Positions 11,350-22,177 of a stretch of 64,000 nucleotides of DNA are shown here, piece by piece. The stretch covers positions 496,001 through 560,000 of the forward strand of contig OZ037836.1 of the NCBI GenBank assembly GCA_964035575.1, in the 5' to 3' direction. Position numbers and translations under genes: made by a program. Position 1 is the first letter of the stretch; every line of letters begins with the position of its first letter. The notes below the pieces were generated by a model that saw only the letters and a list, made by a program, of their open reading frames with translations, searched no databases and had not been told where the DNA came from. This DNA is from Rhynchopus sp. YZ270_cl-10. Lineage: Eukaryota.

Positions 11350-12267
11350 TCACATGCACACACAGTTGCGCATAAGACCTCGGCTGTTCACATATTCTGA
11401 CACAACACTGCTCGATCTTGTAACGTTGATGCTGCTTGTAGGTATTTTGCATCCTTCCAGGAAGCCTTTCCCAATGTGCTTTGTCCTCCTCCACCCAGAC
11501 AAATTAAGTGTGGTCAATGCGCTGCAGTTGTAGAGAAAGTAATCCCCAACCTGCGTCACATTGTTCCACCCAGATACATTAAGGGTGTGCAATGCGATGC
11601 AGTTGGCGAGGAAGTACTCCCCAACTTGCGTCACATTGCTCCACCCAGATAAGTCAAGTGCTTGCAATGCGTAGCAGTTAGCGAGGAAGTAGGCCCCAAC
11701 CTGCGTCACATTGTGACATCCAGATAAGTCAAGTGTTCGCAATGCGTGGCAGTTGGCGAGGAATCCGTAATCAATACGTGTCACATTGCTCCACCCAGAT
11801 AAGTCAACAGTGTGCAATGAGATGCACTCTTGCAGGAAGCTGGAGAGTATTGCAGTCACACCTGACACACCACTGAGATCAAGTTCTTCGAGCCTGCCAC
11901 CTCTCAAGAATCCACAGGGAGTCTCAGTAACAACCTCCGCCTGCAGAAACAAATGAACCAGCTTGGGATCTGTCAGACCTTCGAACTTGTCTGACGTCAG
12001 CCTTGTCTCACCCAAGTCACGAAGAGCTGCAATGGCGTCGTCCTTCTGCGACTTCGTCTTTTTCGTCAGCACAACTGTGTCCCCAGCACTCAGCTGCGTG
12101 ATGTAGTCTCCTTCGGCCAGCAGCTTCCCTCCGAAGCTCATGTCAAAGCCGTCTTCGCACAACTCTGCTGCAGACGCCACCTTCCGCCGTATGTCCGCAG
12201 TTGTATCATCCACACCCACCTCGACTGTGTACTTCTCTCCGTCAAAGCTCTCCACACATATTTCCAT
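11350..12267 (-). CDS. Ubl-LRR-CaaX protein, copy 3 (305 aa)
   Basis: Same architecture; ends RNCVCM. Confidence 0.88.
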   Translation of the reverse strand: MEICVESFDGEKYTVEVGVDDTTADIRRKVASAAELCEDGFDMSFGGKLLAEGDYITQLSAGDTVVLTKKTKSQKDDAIAALRDLGETRLTSDKFEGLTDPKLVHLFLQAEVVTETPCGFLRGGRLEELDLSGVSGVTAILSSFLQECISLHTVDLSGWSNVTRIDYGFLANCHALRTLDLSGCHNVTQVGAYFLANCYALQALDLSGWSNVTQVGEYFLANCIALHTLNVSGWNNVTQVGDYFLYNCSALTTLNLSGWRRTKHIGKGFLEGCKIPTSSINVTRSSSVVSEYVNSRGLMRNCVCM

Positions 12268-12334
12268 GGTTTTGTCTCTCTGTTTTGTGCAAGGTGTTTT
12301 GGGGGTAAGAAGAAGAATCAAGCACAGGACACGT

Positions 12335-13130
12335 GTGTGAGGATGACGTGCCCGAACAACTTTCGCAAACGTGCTTCACGACCTGGGGTACCCGCCAGCA
12401 ACAAAGGTGGAGTTTGGCGGCGACGGCGGATGGCACGAAGGCGACCTCACGTACAGCCTCACTGCCATGAACTCATTGAAGATGACGAAAATGAGATTCA
12501 CACTTCCTCGAACGGCCTCCACAACGGCGCCCACAACTACGGCCCCCTCCCCTTACGATATCATCATGAACACTGCAAAGACAGGGGCCCAGCCGACGGC
12601 TCTTGAGGCATTCCCCAACCCGCAGAGTTGGGGAGAGATTGACTGCTGCAACCAGTTGATCTCGAAATACGAGATAAAGGTGGCTCTGTCCCTGCACAAA
12701 ACCCACCTTGCCCCTTTGATGAAGTTGGTCGGCGGCGTTCTTCATGGGCTGGATGGGCTTGGGAATGTGCTGGACGGACAAAACGAGGAAACATCTCTCC
12801 TGTACCAGTTCCGTGGCTCAAACAAGGCAATTCGAGAGAGACGAACACGGGACATACCACGGTTATCCCAAAAATTGCTTGAGATGAGTTTGAAAAACGT
12901 GGGAGGGGCCTTGGAAAGCCCTTATTTGAAGAAAAACAGCAGCCTGTTTGGAGCGTGCAGGGATCTGTTCAAGAGCATCGAGGACAAGAAAGAGGAAATG
13001 GCAGAAAAATTGCTGCAGTCTGGTCTCCAACATGCAAGAACATTACCAGCAAAGATACCCTTCATGGATTCCACGACGCAGATAGTGGAGGGCAGCACGA
13101 CGAGCGAAGTGCTGCCTGCCTTGAACGAAT
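12335..13130 (+). other. ~800 bp foreign insertion upstream of copy 3, carrying an open reading frame of unknown function
   Basis: Splits the spacer sequence CAGGACACGTTCATCAG, which is intact at ~9457 and ~61463, with CGT on both sides. The + frame is open from ~12347 to 13165. Confidence 0.6.
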
Positions 13131-13667
13131 CGTTCATCAGTCACGTCGCTCGACACTCCTGCTAATGCCCTTGCAACGTGAAGTGTGTTGCGTACTGGCT
13201 GTGTGTGTGTGTGGTGTGCAAGAGACAACAAACAGTTACAAGGGGAGAGGTCTTTTGTTTTGTTTTTGAAAGCTTCGTTGTATTAGTGTGGACACCCGAG
13301 GATATATATACTCAACTACAGGGCAAGAAGAAACACACCACCTGCAGAACGGGAAGGAGACAAGAAGAAGGCAGACATGTTGCCACTGAGACGATAGAGG
13401 TGTAAGACAAAGGGGACACCTCTGTGTGCAGAACTGTATGCTGCAAGGCTGTGATGGGACGGGAGGGATGTCTCTCTCTGTGGGGGTGGACAAGTGGCTC
13501 AAAAGTACTAAAACATGTAAATTGGTGTGATTTTTCTAAAAAAAAGGTGTAAAAAAGGTCCTTCTAAGGTATGGTGGTTTTCCTTAGGGCACTTCCTTAA
13601 GGAAAACGTGACTTTTTCCCGAGCTTTCCCTGTGGTGGAGTGGCCTTGTTTTCGATCAAAAAACTGG

Positions 13668-14540
13668 GTACCCAGTACCCAGTACCCAGTACCCAGTACC
13701 CAGTACCCAGTACCCAGTACCCAGTACCCAGTACCCAGTACCCAGTACCCAGTACCCAGTACCCAGTACCCAGTACCCAGTACCCAGTACCCAGTACCCA
13801 GTACCCAGTACCCAGTACCCAGTACCCAGTACCCAGTACCCAGTACCCAGTACCCAGTACCCAGTACCCAGTACCCAGTACCCAGTACCCAGTACCCAGT
13901 ACCCAGTACCCAGTACCCAGTACCCAGTACCCAGTACCCAGTACCCAGTACCCAGTACCCAGTACCCAGTACCCAGTACCCAGTACCCAGTACCCAGTAC
14001 CCAGTACCCAGTACCCAGTACCCAGTACCCAGTACCCAGTACCCAGTACCCAGTACCCAGTACCCAGTACCCAGTACCCAGTACCCAGTACCCAGTACCC
14101 AGTACCCAGTACCCAGTACCCAGTACCCAGTACCCAGTACCCAGTACCCAGTACCCAGTACCCAGTACCCAGTACCCAGTACCCAGTACCCAGTACCCAG
14201 TACCCAGTACCCAGTACCCAGTACCCAGTACCCAGTACCCAGTACCCAGTACCCAGTACCCAGTACCCAGTACCCAGTACCCAGTACCCAGTACCCAGTA
14301 CCCAGTACCCAGTACCCAGTACCCAGTACCCAGTACCCAGTACCCAGTACCCAGTACCCAGTACCCAGTACCCAGTACCCAGTACCCAGTACCCAGTACC
14401 CAGTACCCAGTACCCAGTACCCAGTACCCAGTACCCAGTACCCAGTACCCAGTACCCAGTACCCAGTACCCAGTACCCAGTACCCAGTACCCAGTACCCA
14501 GTACCCAGTACCCAGTACCCAGTACCCAGTACCCAGTACC
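13668..14540. repeat. Perfect heptamer tandem array (CCCAGTA)n, about 124 copies
   Basis: Directly visible. Begins within the palindrome ACTGGGTACCCAGT. Confidence 0.98.
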
Positions 14541-14821
14541 GGGGCCGATGGAGGGTTCCAAGACGGCAGTAGCCTGTGACACTATGTCATGGGAAGGTGG
14601 GATACCAGCTTGCGCCGCAGGCGCACGGTACGCTACTTTTATTGTTTCGGCGTATCCTTTTTTCTCACTCTTCGTTGGGTTCTACGAGCTCCGCCCGTCA
14701 AATGGTGGGGTGTAAAATTCGCATCTACGCAAACTGCCCCACGTTCATTTTGTACTTTTCCTTCAGAAGTCAAGTACTGACCATATTTTGCACACAAAAC
14801 TTGAAAATGGCCTGTAAAAAC

Positions 14822-15210
14822 TGATCAAGTTTTTTTTCGAAGCTGCTACGTGCGAAGCCTTCGGGGATCTCAGTAACAACCTCCGCCTGCAGAAACAAAT
14901 GAATCAGCTTGGGATCTGTCAGACCATACAACCTCTCTGACGTCAGCTCTCTCTCACCCAAGTCACGAAGAGCTGCAATGGCGTCGTCCTTCTGCGACTT
15001 CGTCTTCGTCAGCACAACTGTGTCCCCAGCACTCAGCTGCGTGATGTCGTCTCCTTCGGCCAGCAGCTTCCCTCCGAAGCTCATGTCAAAGCCGTCTTCG
15101 CGCAACTCTGCTGCAGACGCCACCTTCCGCCGTATGTCCGCAGTTGTATCATCCACACCCACCTCGACTGTGTACTTCTCTCCGTCAAAGCTCTCCACAC
15201 ATATTTCCAT
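14822..15210 (-). pseudogene. Ubl-LRR copy 4, 3'-truncated
   Basis: Ubl and linker are close to copy 2 up to SSFEKKLD, then unrelated sequence follows. No LRR body or CaaX. Confidence 0.85.
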
Positions 15211-15645
15211 GGTTTTGTGTCTCTCTGATTTGTACTAGGTGTGGATGAAGGACATAACACGAGACTCTGAGACACGCAGAACACTGAAGGAGGCAATGGT
15301 GGTTCCCGAGTCCCCAGACAGCGAACATGGCGGATACCCACACGTGCCTTTTTGTGCGTCGCTTCTGATGCGTGTCAGGAAGGGCCGTTTTCAAGGTGGT
15401 GTAAAACAAATAAAGCTCGAGCGACTCTTTCTTAAACATGACAGCACACACGTCAAGAGACAATAACGTTGCGAACGTGGTGTGGCTGAAACCAGCTATT
15501 TTTATTGTGGTGTAAACGGGACAACACGGCTGAAACCAGCTTTTCCCTCCACCTGAAATCGACTGGAAGTTCACAAGATGTACAAAAGTGTACAGTTGGA
15601 GTGGGTAAGTGGTTGTGGGTATTGGGTGGTCAGAGGTTGTTATTT

Positions 15646-15859
15646 CATGACTTTTCAGTTTCTCTATCCTCTGCGATATGACGCGCAAACACGCCGTTTT
15701 CAATTTGATTCGCAGACCGATACTGACTCACAAAGTTGCTGTGTCAAAAAACACCTTCCTCTGCGAGGCGGGATACCACAGCGACAACGTCTATCACTCA
15801 TGCGCCTATGAGTCGCTCAATGGCGTCATGGCTTTTATCACGACTACAGGGGTCCAACC
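15646..15859. repeat. Conserved ~210 bp intergenic block; other copies start at ~18059, 31056, 39184, 50368, 58235, 61712 and 63928
   Basis: CATGACTTTTCAGTTTCTCTATCCTCTGCGATATGACGCGCAAACACGCC...GGGGTCCAACC recurs nearly unchanged in eight spacers. Confidence 0.9.
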
Positions 15860-16229
15860 ATGCACACTTCTCACAACACAAAAAGCTAAAAATACACAAT
15901 AAAGGGGGAAATGATGCTGTTTCGTTCCACTTGGAACCAACGAACGAAAACCTTGAGCGATGACTGGGCCTTGGTGCACAAACATCCACAACAAAGTGCA
16001 TAGTACAGTGTTGCCGTAAGCTGTGAGGACAAACATATTATTTTGAGTGTGCCTGAGAGGCAGGAGTGCCTAGTCTGTCCACTGTGGTGCAGAAAGGGGA
16101 TCGCAAAAAAGCGCAAAAAAACACATTGGCGAAAATAGTACACAAGTGAGGTACAATGCAAAATGAAAAAGTCGTTTTTGTTTTGAACAGGGTAATACGC
16201 AGCTAGCCTCTCGAAAGATGCATGGTGCC

Positions 16230-17799
16230 TCACATGCACACACAGGGGAACTTCACATTGAATATCACGTGACGGCTGTGCACATGTTCTGACACAACAC
16301 TGCTCGATCCTGTGACGTTGATGCTGCTTCTAGGTATGGTGCATCCTTCCAGAAAGCGAGGAGCAATGTGCGTTACACTCGTCCACCGAGATAAGTCAAG
16401 CGTCTTCAATGCAGTGCAGTTGTGGAGGAAGGAAGAGTCTACCTTCGTCAAGGTATTCCACCCAGAGAAATCCAGTGTGGTCAACGTGCTGCAGTTGTAG
16501 AGGAAGTACCCCCCTATTTGCGTCACATTGCTCCACCCAGAAATATCCAGTGTGGTCAATGAGGTGCAGTTGGTGCTTCCCGGGGGGTATGCATTTCACA
16601 AATTTTCAATTCAATTCACAACTTTTCACAACTATTCACAACTTTTCACTACCCTTTTTTCTCTCGTTGGTGAAGCTCTTAAACGCCGGCATTTGCATTT
16701 CCGGAATCCGTACGGCCAGTGGTGGGGTCAATTTGCCGAAATGGACAAGTTCTCGTCATTTCCGCACATCACACAGTACACAGGTACACAGGTACACCAC
16801 ATCACGTTCTATCTTGTGAATCCCAGCGTACCCCTCAATGGGTGGGTCACCACCCCGCCCAAAAAAAAAGCACACAAAAAAAAAAAATCAATTCACAACT
16901 TTTCACAACTATTCACAACTTTTCACATTTTTTCACAATTTTTCACCACTTTTCACCAGCCTTCACAATTTTGTAGCGGTTTTCGTGTTGTGAAAATTTG
17001 TGAAAACTTGTCACATTTTGTGAAAATTTGTGAAATGCACACCCCCCGGGAAGCACCAGCAGTTGTAGATAAAATCGTTTCCAATGTGCGTCACCTTGTT
17101 CCACCCAGAAATATCCAGTGTGGTCAACGAACTGCAGTTGAAGAGAAAGTAGCTGTCGATGTGCGTCACATTGTTCCATCCAGAAATGTCCAGTGTGGTC
17201 AACTGGCTGCACTCGGCGAGGAAGGACAGTGCAATCTCGGTAACATTGCTCCACCCAGACAAGTCAACCTTTCGCAATGCGCTGCAGTCGGAGAGGAAGG
17301 ACAACGTAGTACGCGTCACATTGCTCCACCCAGATAAATCAGCAGTGTGCAATGAGCTGCAGTTGTGCAGGAATTTGGAGCTTATTTTAGTGACACCTGG
17401 CACACCACTGAGATCAAGTTCTTCGAACGGGAGACCTGACAAAAATTCTTTGGGGATCTCAGTAACAACCTCTGCCTGCAGAAACAAATGTATCAGCTTG
17501 GGATCTCTCAGACCTTCAAACCTTTCTGACGTCAGCCTTGTCTCACCCAAGTCACGAAGAGCTGTAATGGCGTCGTCCTTCTGCGACTTCGTCTTCGTCA
17601 GCACAACTGTGTCCCCAGCACTCAGCTGCGTGATGTCGTCTCCTTCGGCCAGCAGCTTCCCTCCGAAGCTCATGTCAAAGCCGTCTTCGCACAACTCTGC
17701 TGCAGTCGCCACCTTCCGCCGTATGTCCGCAGTTGTATCATCCACACCCACCTCGACTGTGTACTTCTCTCCGTCAAAGCTCTTCACACATATTTCCAT
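16230..17799 (-). pseudogene. Ubl-LRR-CaaX copy 5, interrupted by a TIR element
   Basis: The 5' half (17059-17799) and 3' half (16230-16570, ends FPCVCM) join in frame if the element plus one TSD copy is removed. Confidence 0.8.
16571..17058. mobile_element. 488 bp MITE-like element with ~36 bp terminal inverted repeats and a 5 bp TSD (GCAGT)
   Basis: Ends are TGGTGCTTCCCGGGGGGTATGCATTTCACAAATTTT and AAAATTTGTGAAATGCACACCCCCCGGGAAGCACCA. GCAGT at 16566-16570 and 17059-17063. Internal TTCACAA repeats. Confidence 0.9.
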
Positions 17800-18912
17800 G
17801 GTTTTGTGTCTCTCTGTTTTGTGCAAGGTGTTTCAGGGGCGTAAGAAAACTGTGGAACTGAAGTCTGTGAATAACAATACGGCTGTGTGTGTGTGTGGTG
17901 TGCCAGATAACAAACAGTGACAAGGGGAGAGGTCTTTTGTTTTATTTTTGAAAGCTCGAACGGGAGTAGTGTGGACACCCGAGGATGTGCTCCACTATGT
18001 GTTCCTTTTGAACTGGGGCACTATCGTTTTCGTTGGCTTCACGTCAGTTTTGTATTTTCATGACTTTTCAGTTTCTCTATCCTCTGCGATATGAAGCGCA
18101 AACACGCCGTTTTCAATTTGATTCGCAGACCGATACTGACTCACGAAGTTGCTGTGTCAAAAAACACCTTCCTCTGCGAGGCGGGATACCACAGCGACAA
18201 CGTCTGTCACTCATGCGCCTATGAGTCGCTCAATGGCGTCATGGCTTTTATCATGACTACAGGGGTCCAACCATGCACATTTCTCACAACACAAAAAGCT
18301 AAAAATACACAATAAAGGGGGAAATGCAAAGTGCATAATACAGGATTGCCGTAAGCTGTGAGGAACAAATAGGAGGCACTATTTTGAGGTGTGCCTGAGA
18401 GTCAGGAGTACCTAGTCTGTCTCACCACTGTGGTGGTGAGACAGAACGGTCACCAAAAACGCTGGAAAAACGAAGGGTGAGCAGTTTCGGCCCCTTGCCC
18501 CTAGACTGCAAAACACCTACACGGGCTTCCTCAATAGGGCTGTAGGAAATTGAAACTGCACTCCTACTTTCCTTTGTATGTTTTTCCCCACACCCCCGCA
18601 CACAATAAAACAAGAAAGACAATAAGGACAAAAGGGAGAGGTTGTGGTGAAACGCACACAACCAAAAACAAGATCACTACCTTGGCCACCTCAGCTTTGC
18701 TGATGATTTCATACCACCCCCACCCCCCCTTTCAAAAGCTGACCACCAACGCATGTTTTCCCCTTAGGCGTGCACGACCGAGCTTTCGGTCCCTGCCGAT
18801 ATTTTGGCTCTGTCAGTGAGATAATATCAGTAACCCCTCTGGAAAAAGTGCAAAGTGCGATGTAAAATTCGTTCTCTGAACAGGTTAATGACTCTCAAAA
18901 GATGCACGTGCC

Positions 18913-20672
18913 TCACATGCACACACATTTACATTTGCTCTTGTTCTTGCTCTTGTTCTCGCTCTCAATATAAAAGCACCCGTCTTCTTCCATGATGATA
19001 CGGTTTTTCACATGTTCTGACACAACACTGCGCGATCCGGTGATGTTGATGCTGCTTGTAGGTATGGTACATGCATGCATGAAGTAGTTCCCGATCTGCG
19101 TCACACTCGTCCACCCAGATAAGTTAAGCGTTTTCAACTCGCTGCAGTTGGAGAGGAACCAGAGTCCGATCCGCGTCACATTGCTCCACCCAGAGAAGTT
19201 AAGTGTTCGCAATGCGCTGCAGCGGTCTAGGAAGGAGCTTCCAATTCGCGACACACAGTTCCACCCGCGGACGTCAAGTGTGGCGAGTGCAATATTAAAC
19301 TTGAAAAACGTGATCCACCCCCGCAAAAAGAAAAACCAGCAAAAGGGAAGGATGGCACCACGGTGTGCCAGAGAGTGGCTTGATCCCATTTGCTGACTTA
19401 TACCCAACAAAGAAGCGACACCTAAGTGAACAGGGGCCGTATACCACCGCTGGTGGCCTAGGTTAGTATATAAGCCAGGTCAAGGTCCGCACTCTGGCAG
19501 CGTCAAAATAAATAAACAACAATAAAACCACCAGTCATTCCAATGGGAGGAACGAATGACTGGCATCTCCTAATTCTCTAAACTGCGGTGAGTGGAACAC
19601 CCAACTGATGCAAACCACTGCCGCAGGTTAGCACCTACAAAAAGCAAAGAAAAGCAAAGAAAAGAAAAGCAAAAGCTGTGCATGGTCGTAAAGTAGGTGC
19701 AGGGTCGCTTAAATCCCTGAGGGCACAAAAAGCCCAGCATACATCTCCTCCAGTTGCTTCGGACCCTCCAGTATCATGTGCCCGGGTTTGCAAAAGTGCA
19801 ATGCAACCATCCCACGCGTGGCCTTCGTTCACTCAAAAAAGAGATTATATCCGGGGACGCCAGGGCAAAAATGCCGGGGGGCTGCCACCTCACGTTTTTG
19901 TCCCCTCAAGTGTGGCGAGTGCACTGCAGTTGGAGAGAAAGAGGTCGTCTACGTGCGTCACATTGTTCCACCCAGACAAGTCAAGTGATCGCAATGCCCT
20001 GCAGAAGGAGAGGAAGTCGTTCCCTATTTGCGTCACATTGCTCCACCCAGAAATATCCAGTGTGGTCAATGCGCTGCAGTTGTGGAGGAAGTAGCTCTCG
20101 ATGTGCGTCACATTGTTCCACCCAGACAAGTCCAGTGTGGTCAATGAGGTGCAGTGGAAGAGGAAGGAGTTTTCAATGCGGGTCACATTGCTCCACCCAG
20201 ATAAATCAACAAAGCGCAACTGGCTGCAGTTGTGCAGGAATGCGTCGCGTATTGTGGTAACACTTGACACACCACTGAGATCAAGTTCTTCGAACTGGTA
20301 ACTGCTGTTTCTCAAGAACTTTTTGGGGATCTCAGTAACAACTTCTGCCTGCAGAAACAAATGAAACAGCTTGGGATCTGTCAGACCTGTGAACCTCTCG
20401 GGCGTCATGTCGGCCTCACCCAAGTCACGAAGAGCTGCAATGGCGTCGTCCTTCTGCGACTTCGTCTTCGTCAGCACAACTGTGTCCCCAGCACTCAGCT
20501 GCGTGATGTAGTCTCCTTCGGCCAGCAGCTTCCCTCCGAAGCTCATGTCAAAGCCGTCTTCGCACAACTCTGCTGCAGACGCCACCTTCCGCCGTATGTC
20601 CGCAGTTGTATCATCCACACCCACCTCGACTGTGTACTTCTCTCCGTCAAAGCTCTCCACACATATTTCCAT
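18913..20672 (-). pseudogene. Ubl-LRR-CaaX copy 6, interrupted by a SINE-like element
   Basis: Two LRR-coding halves separated by 19292-19905; the 3' half ends KCKCVCM. Confidence 0.82.
19292..19905 (-). mobile_element. 614 bp non-coding SINE-like retro-element (family C), 18 bp TSD
   Basis: TCAAGTGTGGCGAGTGCA is duplicated at 19274-19291 and 19906-19923. A near-identical inverted copy lies at 36186-36798. No TIRs. Strand inferred from the GGGG-starting structured end. Confidence 0.85.
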
Positions 20673-22064
20673 GGTTTTGTGTCTCTCTGTTTCTGTGCAG
20701 AACTGTGTGCAAGGCTGTGATGGGACGGGAGGAGTCTCTCTCTCCGTGCCCTTGGGAGCAAATTATATGGGGGAAATATAATAAAAACCCCGTTCGTCTT
20801 TTTGTTTAGTTCGCCACGTCACATCATACAGGTTTTTTCTTTTTCTTTAAAACTTCCAGAAATGGATGTCAAAAAGGAAAAAACCCTTAGCCTGAAGAAA
20901 TGAGGTAAGTGCGCAATAGAAAAGAAGGGGAATAAAGAAAAAAGATCGGGTTTTTTGTTTGTGCGCTCCAAGCCGGGAAAACAAAAAGGTGAAAAAATGT
21001 GTTAAACTGAAGTACGGTTGTTGTGGTTAATTGAGTACTCAAAGAAAACAAGCAAGCTTCTGTTTTTTTTCAATCCGTTTTGTTTGCCCTGCAGCGCTGC
21101 CTCCAATCTTTTTAGAATTGACAACAAGTTGTTTTATCAAAAAAGTCTCAGACGTTTGCATCATTTCCCACCACAAAGTATTTGTCCTGATATACAATAA
21201 GAGAACAAACATCGGTGAGCAAAACCACTCCTTAGAGCTTTGAAATCCCCAAATCCACCTCAGTCCTTACCCCAGGTATGTTTTGATCCCACCGGTGTTC
21301 GTTGTCTTACTGTAAAAGAACAAAGAGGGGGAGAAAGAAGGAAAATTATACTAAGAGAGGTCATTGAAATGAGTGTGTTTTTACTCACTTTTTTTTTTGT
21401 AAGGCTGCAAAAGAAAAAGGAATTTTATTTTTGGTGCGTCAAGAATAGAAAAGTTAAAATATGCAAAACGCTGCACCGCAGAGTGTCAAACACACGGGCA
21501 CTGCGGGTTGGTCATAACACAGAGCACTTCTTCTAAGGGTTTTTATGGTGTGGCGCCCTAACCGATTCCCCGTGTTTCTACCAGTTGTCATGCCGATAAG
21601 GGGGGTATACCGGTGTTTAGGTTGGTCATAACACAGAACACTTCTTCTCAAATTATTTTTGATAAATCGTTGGGGTAGTGTAGTTGCCTCGGTTGTGTTG
21701 CCACAGTGCAAATCTCTCTCCACTGTATGTTTTTTATCCCCGAAAAGACCCGAAAACCCGTGTCCAGAAGTACGGTGGAACGGATGGAGCAGGAACAGGT
21801 AAGACTCATGCAGTGATGTATATAGGTATCTGTATGTGGGACCAAATCCCACAAAAAACCGAAAAAAAAAAAAAAAAAAACTATAGAATTTCGGGATTTT
21901 TTGCAATTTTTACCTTACCTTACAGGGCTCTAAGAGGGGTCCCGAAGGGACTCCAGAGCAACGCGACCCCACCATGAAGAGCACGGTCGTCATCAATCCT
22001 AAAAAACGAGTCGGGATTCCGCAAAAAGGGGTTCTTTGAGTGACTCGTGGTGTAAAAAGCTAGC

Positions 22065-22177
22065 TTTTTTTTTTTTTTTTTTTTTTTTTACGATTACCTA
22101 CATTGTAGGCGGGTTTAGTGCTGCCGCGGGTGCTGGCACATGACCCTGATACTGCCTCATACCACGCTTACTTAGCT
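22065..22177 (-). mobile_element. Short poly(A)-tailed retro-fragment related to the 3' end of the LINE
   Basis: The minus strand ends CGCCTACAATGTAGGTAATCGT-A(n), compared with the LINE end CGCCTACCATGGTAGGTTACAGTG-A(n). TAGC is duplicated at the flanks. Confidence 0.65.

Noticed and set aside
13527..14582. Long PVPSTQY / GTGYWVL repeat ORFs
   Set aside because: These are artefacts of a stop-free heptamer repeat, open in several frames on both strands.
19292..19905. Family C element as a spliceable intron of copy 6 (AC|GTGAG ... TTTTCAAG|)
   Set aside because: Joining this donor and acceptor shifts the reading frame.
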